DNA from: a virus
Taxonomy: Duplodnaviria; Caudoviricetes
Length of the DNA: 64,000 bases
IMG/VR virus record: IMGVR_UViG_3300033067_001837
Location: 46,583 to 110,582 of that record
Direction: 5' to 3' (one strand)
Made by a program: the position numbers and the translations under genes. Below, piece by piece: positions 54,797-63,069 of the stretch. Below the pieces are notes generated by a model, which was given only the letters and a program-made list of their open reading frames with translations, made no database searches and had not been told where the DNA came from. Within the stretch, counting starts at the first letter, position 1, and each line of letters begins with the position of its first letter.

Positions 54797-55615
54797 TCAA
54801 AACAGTTTTGGTCTGATTGTTGTTATAGGTTCCTGTATTTCACCAACCATCTCAAAATCAGACGCCTTAAAATCACCTTTACCATCACCATTATAAACCA
54901 ACCTTGGTGACGGCAGTAGTCTTTTTGATACATCGCAATTAATAATTGCCTTAACAACATCGAGATGGGATGGATCACAATAAATGTGGGCGTCTCCTAT
55001 CACATATCTTAATGACCCAACGTTCAGCTTTGCGTGGCTGGAAAAATACATTAACAGCGCCCAATATTGACACCAGTTATGGATAATACCGAGAAGCATA
55101 TCGGCGCTTCGCTGGTAATGAGTCATAAACAAAGTGCCATCTCTTACAAATAGATGAATCATTGACCCATGACAGCAACTAGGTGTCAACGGATTGTGGT
55201 TCAATTCAGTAATATTCGCCATATCGCTCGGATTCCAAGTAGTCATTACCAATCGGCGCGAGTTAGGATTATTACGCAATCCATCCAATAAATACTTAAT
55301 CTGATCAAAGTTGCCTGAATATCCGCTTCTTCGATACTGATGAGAATATCCGCCTCGGTACATACCATTCGTCAACTGATCATTCCACCATGGCAGGAGT
55401 TCATCAGGGCACCTCATGTCTCCAGACATGAACCATTCCATTTCACGCAATGCCATTCTCCATGCGGTCTTGCGTAAAGTCACAAGTGGTGTTTGCGCAA
55501 AGAAAATTGATTCAAGATCGCAACACGACTTGGTTAGATGATTACGTGTCTCAACAAGATCACCGTAATCATTAACCGTTTTCAATAGCTTTTGATAAAT
55601 ATAATCTGTAGTCAT
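54797..55615 (-). CDS. thyA: Thymidylate synthase
   Basis: PLVTLRK, EMEWF..G, DQI......NP.SRR, PSCCH, YQRSAD..LG..HN, GDAHIY. Confidence 0.93.
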   Translation of the reverse strand: MTTDYIYQKLLKTVNDYGDLVETRNHLTKSCCDLESIFFAQTPLVTLRKTAWRMALREMEWFMSGDMRCPDELLPWWNDQLTNGMYRGGYSHQYRRSGYSGNFDQIKYLLDGLRNNPNSRRLVMTTWNPSDMANITELNHNPLTPSCCHGSMIHLFVRDGTLFMTHYQRSADMLLGIIHNWCQYWALLMYFSSHAKLNVGSLRYVIGDAHIYCDPSHLDVVKAIINCDVSKRLLPSPRLVYNGDGKGDFKASDFEMVGEIQEPITTIRPKLF

Positions 55616-55691
55616 TTCCCTATAATCTCCCTGCGTCTATCAAAGATACGGGCATACGGAATTTTCATAATGCAGGTTGTTAGTTTTGGCA

Positions 55692-56051
55692 TCATAATTC
55701 CTCCACTTTCCAGCCGCCGCCATCTTTTTTTGGCTTTGTAAAAATAAGGATAAATCTAAATGGGAAATGTCGAGCGGCGACTTTAATTTTAACCTTTGAA
55801 TCATCCGTCATAATCGCTTTAGCGCCCTTCACCTCGTGCATCTCCATCTCTCCATTACTCAACAACACAACAAAATCTGGTGAGTAGAAGCAGTTGTCAG
55901 CCAGCCGTAGTTTAATCCCCTCGAATTGATACCACAATATCTCACCCTGAGATTTTCGGCGTTCCAACTCCAATTCATACGCCGCTTCCGTCTTGTTGCG
56001 TTCTCCGGGTTTGAGTCGTCCCAGGGCATAGAGTCGATTAGAAGGAGGCAT
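55692..56051 (-). CDS. PD-(D/E)xK endonuclease (DUF1064-like)
   Basis: NKTEA.Y; LRLADN.FYSPDF...E.HEVKG...D.KVKIKVAA. Confidence 0.75.
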   Translation of the reverse strand: MPPSNRLYALGRLKPGERNKTEAAYELELERRKSQGEILWYQFEGIKLRLADNCFYSPDFVVLLSNGEMEMHEVKGAKAIMTDDSKVKIKVAARHFPFRFILIFTKPKKDGGGWKVEEL

Positions 56052-56247
56052 GGCCTTGTCCTTCTCGCAGCCAGTCCGCGATTGATTGACGAATCGATAG
56101 CATCAGGTGGTTATTCACCTGTTCCACAACGCGCAATGTATCTAAAAGATCATGCACCTCTTGACTTCCCACCTTATTGGTATGAATAGCGCGTTTTAAC
56201 TCTTCAGAAACCGCATAAAAGCGATCCAGCGTTTGACGTAGATTCAT
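56038..56247 (-). CDS. Hypothetical protein
   Basis: Coupled ORF. Confidence 0.5.
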   Translation of the reverse strand: MNLRQTLDRFYAVSEELKRAIHTNKVGSQEVHDLLDTLRVVEQVNNHLMLSIRQSIADWLREGQGHASF

Positions 56248-56429
56248 CGGATGGCCCTGAGTTCTTTTTCGGCGTTCAATTCAATTATCAACACCATGGC
56301 GATCATAATGAGCTTACGCACATGATCACGACCTTGAGCATCATTAATACCGTGCTTTAGCCATTGTTGAGCTTCTTTAATTTCTTCTTTAATTTCATCA
56401 TGCATATCAATCCAACCCCAAATATTCAT
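56244..56429 (-). CDS. Hypothetical protein
   Basis: Coupled ORF. Confidence 0.5.
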   Translation of the reverse strand: MNIWGWIDMHDEIKEEIKEAQQWLKHGINDAQGRDHVRKLIMIAMVLIIELNAEKELRAIR

Positions 56430-56694
56430 TTTCAGTCAACTGATAATCAATTATTGGATACCGGGTGGGTTTCGGAGGTATCTGCTGTTCAATCTGCAAG
56501 GTTTCCGCAATAAGATTCTCGATGACCGTTTTAGCTTTGCGCAAATCTTCGACACCGTTTTTATTCCTCCAGCGTGAAACATACTTAATCACTTCACCCT
56601 CTGACCAGCCGATATTGTTTTTCACAATATATTCCCATGGCTGGATTTTAAAACTTTGGTAGTGATTACCACCGACTTGTGGAATATTTTCCAT
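56407..56694 (-). CDS. DUF3310 family protein
   Basis: QVGG.HY....IQPW.YI......EG.VIKYV.RW..KNG.EDL.KA. Confidence 0.85.
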   Translation of the reverse strand: MENIPQVGGNHYQSFKIQPWEYIVKNNIGWSEGEVIKYVSRWRNKNGVEDLRKAKTVIENLIAETLQIEQQIPPKPTRYPIIDYQLTENEYLGLD

Positions 56695-56725
56695 CTAATT
56701 TATCCTTTTCGTAATTATTTTGTTT

Positions 56726-56956
56726 TTAATTCAATTCAAGACCCAACGCAAGAATTTCATGATCCAGCAAAAAATCAAATCGACTTCTAAAAACGTCTTC
56801 ATGGCAAAAATACGTATTGTGTGGATTATCAACAGGGCAGTAAATAATGCCGTTATACCAATGATCAGGGTTTTCATCTGTTTTTTCTGTCGCTATTGCC
56901 AAATAGCGAACGACCTGTTGGGTTTCTCGATGACGCCATAGATAGTTGGTTATCAT
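56726..56956 (-). CDS. Hypothetical protein (DUF1653-like)
   Basis: WRH......Y..IA........IY.........F..RF. Confidence 0.5.
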   Translation of the reverse strand: MITNYLWRHRETQQVVRYLAIATEKTDENPDHWYNGIIYCPVDNPHNTYFCHEDVFRSRFDFLLDHEILALGLELN

Positions 56957-57249
56957 TCTTTTTTCTCTAATTCTAATTCTAATAACGTCATACTTTTACG
57001 AACTGCGTCAATAAATTCATCAACGTTCTGATTATTCAACAACATCCTTACTGTCAAAGTTGCTGTAAATTGATCAAACGCTTCTAATGTAAAAGCCAAA
57101 TCGTCATTTTCATTGACCGCTTCTATCTTGACGGGATATACTTTAATCGTCATCATTAATTTCCTGGTTTGTGTGTTCCGAATCGTCGCTGTAGCGGATT
57201 TCCCTGATTTAAGTGGATAGGGCGTATGAACACTTATATTTACACCCAT
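56953..57249 (-). CDS. Hypothetical protein
   Basis: Co-oriented ORF; start uncertain. Confidence 0.45.
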   Translation of the reverse strand: MGVNISVHTPYPLKSGKSATATIRNTQTRKLMMTIKVYPVKIEAVNENDDLAFTLEAFDQFTATLTVRMLLNNQNVDEFIDAVRKSMTLLELELEKKE

Positions 57250-57258
57250 ATTCGCCTA

Positions 57259-57609
57259 TCAAACGTTTGTCCATAGCCGATAAACCTCAACTGCCAGCCT
57301 GGCAAATCCATCGCATCTTTCTTCTTCATTGAGTGGATCCCTGCAAGGATTGCCCGTGATGTGCGCTAATTCGTGCGCCAGAACTCTAAATCGTTTTTCT
57401 TCACTGACTCTATTATCAAACCAGACATGAATAGTACGAGTAAGAGTATCTGAAAATGCCAAATAACCTTTATTTATATTTAGGTGTTCAATAATTTGTT
57501 CGTCGTTTAATGAAAGTTCCTCATCTCCCCATTCTATTGGTTTATTACCAATACCAATTCCATTTATTTTATTAACACGATTAGCAAAATTTTGATTGTG
57601 GGTTTGCAT
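57259..57609 (-). CDS. HExxH metallopeptidase-like protein
   Basis: RVLAHELAH followed by EE..CD.FA; start probably MQTHNQ. Confidence 0.55.
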   Translation of the reverse strand: MQTHNQNFANRVNKINGIGIGNKPIEWGDEELSLNDEQIIEHLNINKGYLAFSDTLTRTIHVWFDNRVSEEKRFRVLAHELAHITGNPCRDPLNEEERCDGFARLAVEVYRLWTNV

Positions 57610-57640
57610 AATCTTCTTAGCAGATACATATTTAAACAGC

Positions 57641-57877
57641 TTAACAGGTTTTTTTAACACGGTTAATTTCTCCTGGTGAAACGGCAACTTCAACCCGACA
57701 TAGACGTTCGTGTTTCCGCTGGCTGGGTAATTTGACGCTGCCAATATAAGAACCTATCCCGCGCACATGCCGTTGGCTCGTATGTAATTCTTGATGCACA
57801 GCCCGTTCAGCGGCCTGAATGTTGGGCGCTTGAACTTCAATATCAGCAACAAGCTGATAGTGGTAAATTGGCATCAC
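57641..57877 (-). CDS. Hypothetical protein
   Basis: 78 aa co-oriented. Confidence 0.45.
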   Translation of the reverse strand: MMPIYHYQLVADIEVQAPNIQAAERAVHQELHTSQRHVRGIGSYIGSVKLPSQRKHERLCRVEVAVSPGEINRVKKTC

Positions 57878-57908
57878 GGCTCAATTAATTTAAAGTACTA
57901 TAGGAAAA

Positions 57909-58121
57909 TCATTGCCAGAGACCTTCGCTGAAAGAGGTTTGGGAGTCATTCAGTGTACCCGCAAACCCCGGTCGGAGTGAACCGCCCTCAGCAGTCTGGA
58001 ATACATATTTATCCTTTGAGATAATGCGAAGCTGATTATCGCATGTATCAGTAATTTCTAATAACTGACAATCTTTGTCGTTCACGACTACCATCTGGGT
58101 GAAATAGACTTCTTTAATCAT
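57909..58121 (-). CDS. Hypothetical protein
   Basis: 70 aa, TGATG coupling. Confidence 0.4.
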   Translation of the reverse strand: MIKEVYFTQMVVVNDKDCQLLEITDTCDNQLRIISKDKYVFQTAEGGSLRPGFAGTLNDSQTSFSEGLWQ

Positions 58122-58175
58122 CAGGCAACCACCAAATCGCGAGTATCAATAAAGTCGTCGAACATAGCGCGAATG

Positions 58176-58700
58176 TTAAACAGATAATTTAATAAAAATA
58201 ATATCATCTGGAAGAACGCATGTTAACTCTTTAGCAACCGCAACTCCTTTTGCAGTATAGTGTTTCATATATCTTTGTATCTGCCTTAGGGCTGAATTGT
58301 TAAATTTATTTAATTTAATTTCAACAACATGTAGTTCGCTATTTATTTCAATAAATCCATCAGGCATGTGTTCTCTAACAATATCTTCTTTTACAACTTT
58401 AGCATTCGGTATCAACTCATTTAAATTATCAAAAAACTTCTTATGTAAATCAAATTCATTAGGAATACTGCTTTGCTTGATTGTTTGCACCATCCAAAGA
58501 ACGGCATCTTTTAAATAAACAAAATCGGTATCTACTTTCTTTAATAAAGACAAAGCAAGCTTATGATCGTTGTAAGCTAATTCGACTATTTCCTCAAGCA
58601 TAGCAATATTTTTCATCTCTCGGACATTAACGGTTTGAACCGACTCTTCGCCAAAAGTAGACTTGCCAATCGCAATCAGGTTAGAATTCAGGTTATCCAT
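58176..58700 (-). CDS. AntA-like N-terminal stub fused to a PD-(D/E)xK (NucS-like) nuclease
   Basis: LIAI..STFGEE.VQTVN.RE then HMPDGFI...VVEIK...ALRQ..RYM...GVAVA; GGAG RBS before 58700. Confidence 0.65.
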   Translation of the reverse strand: MDNLNSNLIAIGKSTFGEESVQTVNVREMKNIAMLEEIVELAYNDHKLALSLLKKVDTDFVYLKDAVLWMVQTIKQSSIPNEFDLHKKFFDNLNELIPNAKVVKEDIVREHMPDGFIEINSELHVVEIKLNKFNNSALRQIQRYMKHYTAKGVAVAKELTCVLPDDIIFIKLSV

Positions 58701-58759
58701 TTCAAACTCCATTACAGTTGATTTGGTGAGGGGGTTGTTCGTGCAACTCCCGATTTTGC

Positions 58760-58972
58760 TCACGCCTCGTTCCTCGGTGGTTCCTTGGCATAAACGGCAG
58801 CAATCTCTTCGGCTGTATACCAACCGTCCGCTATCACTTCCTGGATCATCGTGGTCTGCATCTGCCAGTCCTCTCGCGTCCACTCAAACCGTTTCGCTGC
58901 TACCTTCATGGCATCACGCAGCGATGGAGGGAACGCGGCATAGATCAGCCGGTCGGCGCTGGGATCAGGCAT
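58760..58972 (-). CDS. Hypothetical protein
   Basis: 70 aa coupled ORF. Confidence 0.5.
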   Translation of the reverse strand: MPDPSADRLIYAAFPPSLRDAMKVAAKRFEWTREDWQMQTTMIQEVIADGWYTAEEIAAVYAKEPPRNEA

Positions 58973-59201
58973 CAGCCGGTATCAGTTGATCGAACAAATC
59001 CACCTGCTCTTGCAGGTCGTCCCGCAGCGCCTTGGCCTTGTCTTTGAAAAAAGCTGTAGCCACCTTCTTAAAAATTGCTGGCTTGATTTTGTGATTGAGT
59101 TCGGCTTCAACGGCAATACGCGCCTGTAGGTCTTTCTCGGCATCGCAGCGGGTTAGGGAGTCGGAAAAATCAGAGATGAGAGAGGTAAGGGTTTGGGTCA
59201 T
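58965..59201 (-). CDS. T4 DsbA-like dsDNA-binding protein
   Basis: SDSLTR.DAEKDL...I......K.....FKKVA..F.K; start MTQTL. Confidence 0.55.
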   Translation of the reverse strand: MTQTLTSLISDFSDSLTRCDAEKDLQARIAVEAELNHKIKPAIFKKVATAFFKDKAKALRDDLQEQVDLFDQLIPADA

Positions 59202-59908
59202 GCGGACACCTGCGGAAATTGACGAACCTTTAGCGGAGTGGGTATAGGGATGTTGTTGGTCATTTGCTTCATGAAAAATGCGACGTTTTGTGACTGGCAT
59301 TGCCGCATGACGCCGATAGCCCATTCCGGGTTCATCCATCGGGCTTTTTGTCCGGCCTTTTCGCCGCCAACAATCACCCAGTGAATCCCGTCCAGGTTGA
59401 GACGGATATATTCCAGTAAGGGTTCGCAGGACAGGAAGCGGACGGTCGCCGGAATAGAGCGCAGGATAGGAATACGGGTATCGGCGGCTTCCTGGTTTTC
59501 AACGGTCACACCGATCAATACGTTCGCCGGGTAGGTAAAATCGGCCATTCGTTCAGGGCGTTTCGTCAAAATTTGAAAGGTGTGCCGAGGGACGTTAGCA
59601 CAGGTCTTTAAAACCGAATTTATTTGCTCGTCAGTGACCGCTTCGTGGAATAGGTCTGACATGGAGTTTACGAAGATGCGCCTTGGTTTCCGCCAGCGCC
59701 GGGGGATGTCCAGTCGCTGTTCGATAAACTGAATCTCGGAAAACGGTCGGGCATACTGCGGGACGTTTTGCAGCTTGCCCTGTTGATAGGCCCGGTGGCG
59801 CTTGTCATGTAGGTCAAAGGCATAGCAGTTCTTACAGCCCGCAGAGACCTTGGTGCAACCCACCACGGGGTTCCAGGTTTCATCAGTCCAGGCGATAGCA
59901 GTGGTCAT
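59198..59908 (-). CDS. DUF5131 (phage Gp37/Gp68) family protein
   Basis: I.WTD.TWNPV.GCTKVS.GC.NCYA; IFVNSMSDLFH; FQILTKRPER; FLSCEPLL; WVIVGGE. Confidence 0.9.
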   Translation of the reverse strand: MTTAIAWTDETWNPVVGCTKVSAGCKNCYAFDLHDKRHRAYQQGKLQNVPQYARPFSEIQFIEQRLDIPRRWRKPRRIFVNSMSDLFHEAVTDEQINSVLKTCANVPRHTFQILTKRPERMADFTYPANVLIGVTVENQEAADTRIPILRSIPATVRFLSCEPLLEYIRLNLDGIHWVIVGGEKAGQKARWMNPEWAIGVMRQCQSQNVAFFMKQMTNNIPIPTPLKVRQFPQVSA

Positions 59909-60246
59909 TCATCCTCGCCTTCTAACAGCTTGGCATAAGCATCATTCGGCGACATTTCGCACACCGCCGAATACCGTTTCGTCATTAACCGAACGGTTTT
60001 TACGGTAAAATCAACATCTTGCGCGAAGTCTCGCAAAAGCGCTTCAACCGCCTTGTGTTTACTGGTAAACACAGTCGGCACCATCTCGTCTATCTCGTAG
60101 GGATAAGCTTCGCCGCTGTCATACCGGCCTTTTATTGCCCGGAAATAATCTTCAAGCAGGACGGTGGCTTCACTGGCTAACACCTTTGCTTGAAACATCT
60201 CGCGATTGACCATCTGTGAAAACGTGGTAATATTTGTTTCAGCCAT
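59905..60246 (-). CDS. Antirepressor-like hypothetical protein
   Basis: SGE.YP...DE.....F..K..AV..L..DF..DVDF pattern. Confidence 0.5.
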   Translation of the reverse strand: MAETNITTFSQMVNREMFQAKVLASEATVLLEDYFRAIKGRYDSGEAYPYEIDEMVPTVFTSKHKAVEALLRDFAQDVDFTVKTVRLMTKRYSAVCEMSPNDAYAKLLEGEDE

Positions 60247-60289
60247 TCAGCCTTCCATTGTCCACAAAACTTGTTAAAAATCAACAACA

Positions 60290-60586
60290 TCAAAACGGTA
60301 TATCACTATCATCCACCACTGCCACAGGAGCCGGAGCCGGGGCCGGTGCTGCCGCGATAGGCTTCCCGTCCTTGTTCTTCGGATCAAAAAATGACAATAC
60401 AATCGAATCCGATCCTTCCTTAAACGGCACGCCAGCCGGGTTAAAACTACGGTTCAACATCACCATCTTCCCGCCATCGTCCATTTGCAGCACCATACCG
60501 ACGTTCTGCCATCGGCCATTCTCTTCGCCGTTACGATCCTTGTAAGTTCCGGTTTTTACACAAACATCTTTGATTTTTCTAGGCAT
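60290..60586 (-). CDS. SSB-like single-stranded DNA-binding protein
   Basis: G.Y.D.NG..K/N.RW..VG; acidic DDSDIPF tail. Confidence 0.65.
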   Translation of the reverse strand: MPRKIKDVCVKTGTYKDRNGEENGRWQNVGMVLQMDDGGKMVMLNRSFNPAGVPFKEGSDSIVLSFFDPKNKDGKPIAAAPAPAPAPVAVVDDSDIPF

Positions 60587-60616
60587 GGCGTTCTCGAAAG
60601 GTAGACGTAGACGGCT

Positions 60617-60645
60617 ATTCTACCAAGGTAATTGGTAGATTACTA
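60617..60645 (-). promoter_or_regulatory. Promoter overlapped by 19-bp operator
   Basis: -10 TAGAAT; operator CTACCAA-GGTAA-TTGGTAG at 60620-60638. Confidence 0.65.
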
Positions 60646-60664
60646 GAGGCTAATCCTCGCTCAA

Positions 60665-61144
60665 TCACAACTCGATGGCGTGCTTCCCTAAGTCATTGAC
60701 CTCGCCGAACTGAAGAATCCATTTTAGACCATTGTGAGTAGTCATTTTTATTTTTTCAAATTTATCAATCTTTTTGCGCATTTGTTGATAGAGTTGGACG
60801 GGGATACAAACGCTATCGTGGGGAATAAAAAGGGGTTCAAAGTGTTCGTGGGTCATGGGTTTTCCTTCGGTTTCAAAAGGATTCGCACACCAAAATGCTC
60901 GAGAATCCTTTTTTTTCGTGATTAATCGTCCGGTTATCCAAGCCGCAGCGAGGCCGGAGTGGGTGTTCCGAACTGTTTTTTGTAGGGCCGTTGCGGATAG
61001 AGGGGACAATCGGGCGCGTTCAATCGGGTCGATGTACTCGGTGACAATACCCGCCGCTGCCCGCTCTTCTCGGAACTTAGCCATCCATCCGTTCCTTGAA
61101 ACCCAAGCGGGGGGGTTCGGTGTCGGGTTTAAAATCAGCATCAA
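60665..61144 (-). CDS. Hypothetical protein
   Basis: 159 aa; may be two fused ORFs. Confidence 0.45.
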   Translation of the reverse strand: MMLILNPTPNPPAWVSRNGWMAKFREERAAAGIVTEYIDPIERARLSPLSATALQKTVRNTHSGLAAAWITGRLITKKKDSRAFWCANPFETEGKPMTHEHFEPLFIPHDSVCIPVQLYQQMRKKIDKFEKIKMTTHNGLKWILQFGEVNDLGKHAIEL

Positions 61145-61297
61145 ACATCAATTTCTTCCTTTTTTTTTCCGGGTCAGACGCCGTCTGGAGCCGGGTAATG
61201 GGGTCAGGTAGGGTTAGGGTAGCGGGTCGGGGTTCTTAGGCGCGTCTACACGGCTTCCGCACAGTATACTACTAACCCGGTTGGGTAGCTCGGGAAA

Positions 61298-63061
61298 TTA
61301 AAACGCCATCCCGGCTTGCGCTGTCCGTCCCTCGATGAGCGGGATATATTCTGGGTTCAGTTCAATCAGGATCGCGTGTCGGCCCAGGCGTTGGGCGACT
61401 TCGCCTGTCGTGCCGCTACCGCCGAAGAGGTCTAAAACTGTGCAGGGTTGCGAAGGAGCGTTGCAGGTGCAGGCAGGGCGGAAGCCGATGGTGCGGGTTT
61501 GATTAACAAATTCCTCTCCCTGTTCGCGGGCGGCTTGGCGCTTCATCGCTAATCGATTAGCGGCCATGCCGGTTTGATAGGCGCTGTCCGTGGTTCCATC
61601 ATTCGGCGGGTTGTCCTTTTCGATGACACGTTCTAAAGGCTTCCCGCACTCGCTACAGCATCCCGCTTCACTGGTTCCGGCCAGGATGCAAGGTTCCACC
61701 AGTTTGCGGGGCATGGTGGCAAAATGGCTTATTTTTTCTTGTACTTCTCGGTATAATTTACATGTACAATCAATGGGAAACAAAGATGAATACATGCGTT
61801 CGTTGTGGGAATCCGTTTGAACCGAAGGACAAACACAAGAATCGTCAGCACTTGTATTGCTCGCGGGCGTGCGCTCAACCGAATCGAAAAGACCGCATCG
61901 TTCTGACTTGTCGCCAGTGCAATCGTCTGTTTGAGAGAAAGCGATACATGCAGAACTGGTCGCAAGATCGTGGCCCATTTTGCGGATTCTCGTGTTACGG
62001 TCAATGGCAGAAAGATCACACGGCTGGAGAAAACAGCCCGAACTACAAGCCGAACTCCCCGCGTCGTCAGTCAGGTCAGTGGGAACGAAATCGGAAACTG
62101 GCTCTTGAACGAGATGGTTATTGCTGCAAAACATGCGGTTCCATAAATCACTTACACGTACATCACATTGTTCCGTGGTTTCCTGGAGCAACATCGCCGC
62201 ATGAACTGGGCAATCTGGTGACACTATGCAGAGGGTGTCACCGGAAACAGCATCGACTTCAACATGATGTCGACGAACGGTTTTTACCCATCCACTAAAA
62301 GGATCAGGCCCAAGCAGCCAGAAGTTGCGAAGGTTGCGCTTGCCGTTCTCCGGGATGCCCATTGCACCCTGCTTGACCGGCTCTTGAGTGCGTCCGCTAC
62401 GGTTACTTTGGTATAGCGGTGTAGAGTTCATTTTGCGCGGCTGGTCTTTGTTGACCGTACCCGATGGCCCGCTGGTGGCTTCTTCCTTGACGGCTTCTGC
62501 GTCATAGAAATATCGGGCGTATTTCGTCAGCAGAAAGACTTTTTCCGTGGCGTTCGTGGGCCGGTCGGTTACGCTCTCAGGCATTGCCGATTTTTTGCAC
62601 CACGTTATTTCGGAGCGCAAATACCAGCCATCGGCTTGAAGCGCCAACGCTACTCGGGCTGGAATCATTATCAGGTCTTTATATTTAAGGCCGGGGGGCG
62701 GAATGGGTTTTTTATCGGCGAAAGAACCGTCTGTTGATTTACCCTCTCTATCAAGCGTTGTTTTGCTTTGATAGCTTGCTCCGCTCGGCCCGCTGCCAGC
62801 GTAAGAATCCCCGATGTTCAAAAAAAGCACTCCATCGTCCCGCAAGACGCGCCGGACTTCTCGAAACACAGCCACCAGTTCATCCACATAAGCATCGGGC
62901 GTAGGTTCTAATCCGATTTCGCAGCATTTAGCGGCGCTGTCCGCAGGCAGATATGATCTTAATCCGTAATAAGGCGGGCTGGTCACGCAACACTGGATGC
63001 TGTTGTTGGGCAGCGTTTTCAGCACGTCCCGGCAATCGCCGAGTAAAATTTGCACGGTCAT
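61298..63061 (-). CDS. Beta-class N4-C/N6-A DNA methyltransferase with large in-frame insertion
   Basis: GDC...L..LP..S.QCCVTSPPY (motif IV), LRSEI.W.K...MPESV.DRP, HFAT.P..LVEPCILAG, VLD.FGGSGTT (motif I), IELNPEY. Confidence 0.9.
   Translation of the reverse strand: MTVQILLGDCRDVLKTLPNNSIQCCVTSPPYYGLRSYLPADSAAKCCEIGLEPTPDAYVDELVAVFREVRRVLRDDGVLFLNIGDSYAGSGPSGASYQSKTTLDREGKSTDGSFADKKPIPPPGLKYKDLIMIPARVALALQADGWYLRSEITWCKKSAMPESVTDRPTNATEKVFLLTKYARYFYDAEAVKEEATSGPSGTVNKDQPRKMNSTPLYQSNRSGRTQEPVKQGAMGIPENGKRNLRNFWLLGPDPFSGWVKTVRRHHVEVDAVSGDTLCIVSPDCPVHAAMLLQETTEQCDVRVSDLWNRMFCSNNHLVQEPVSDFVPTDLTDDAGSSACSSGCFLQPCDLSAIDRNTRIRKMGHDLATSSACIAFSQTDDCTGDKSERCGLFDSVERTPASNTSADDSCVCPSVQTDSHNERMYSSLFPIDCTCKLYREVQEKISHFATMPRKLVEPCILAGTSEAGCCSECGKPLERVIEKDNPPNDGTTDSAYQTGMAANRLAMKRQAAREQGEEFVNQTRTIGFRPACTCNAPSQPCTVLDLFGGSGTTGEVAQRLGRHAILIELNPEYIPLIEGRTAQAGMAF
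61786..62298 (+). CDS. HNH endonuclease antisense inside the methyltransferase gene
   Basis: Two C..C/CS..C zinc repeats, GENSPNYK, W...RK.ALERD.Y.C..CG....LHVHHI.P......H...NLVTLC..CH...H. Confidence 0.88.
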   Translation: MNTCVRCGNPFEPKDKHKNRQHLYCSRACAQPNRKDRIVLTCRQCNRLFERKRYMQNWSQDRGPFCGFSCYGQWQKDHTAGENSPNYKPNSPRRQSGQWERNRKLALERDGYCCKTCGSINHLHVHHIVPWFPGATSPHELGNLVTLCRGCHRKQHRLQHDVDERFLPIH

Positions 63062-63069
63062 ATTGGCTC

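Noticed and set aside
54797-56694. Hypermodified-base pathway (thyA homologue plus DUF3310)
   Set aside because: ThyA keeps the dUMP-specifying Asn (LGIIHN), and no glycosyltransferase or other base-modification genes are visible in the window.
5802-61288. Operator as a host LexA or NrdR box
   Set aside because: It does not match CTGT-N8-ACAG or the NrdR consensus, and the half-sites are in the opposite order to the Xanthomonadales TTAG-N6-TACTA box.
61490-61670. Second MTase loop (CSECG...ACTC) as a mobile element
   Set aside because: It is short, has no nuclease in any tracked frame, and such Cys-bracketed loops are common in phage MTases of this type.
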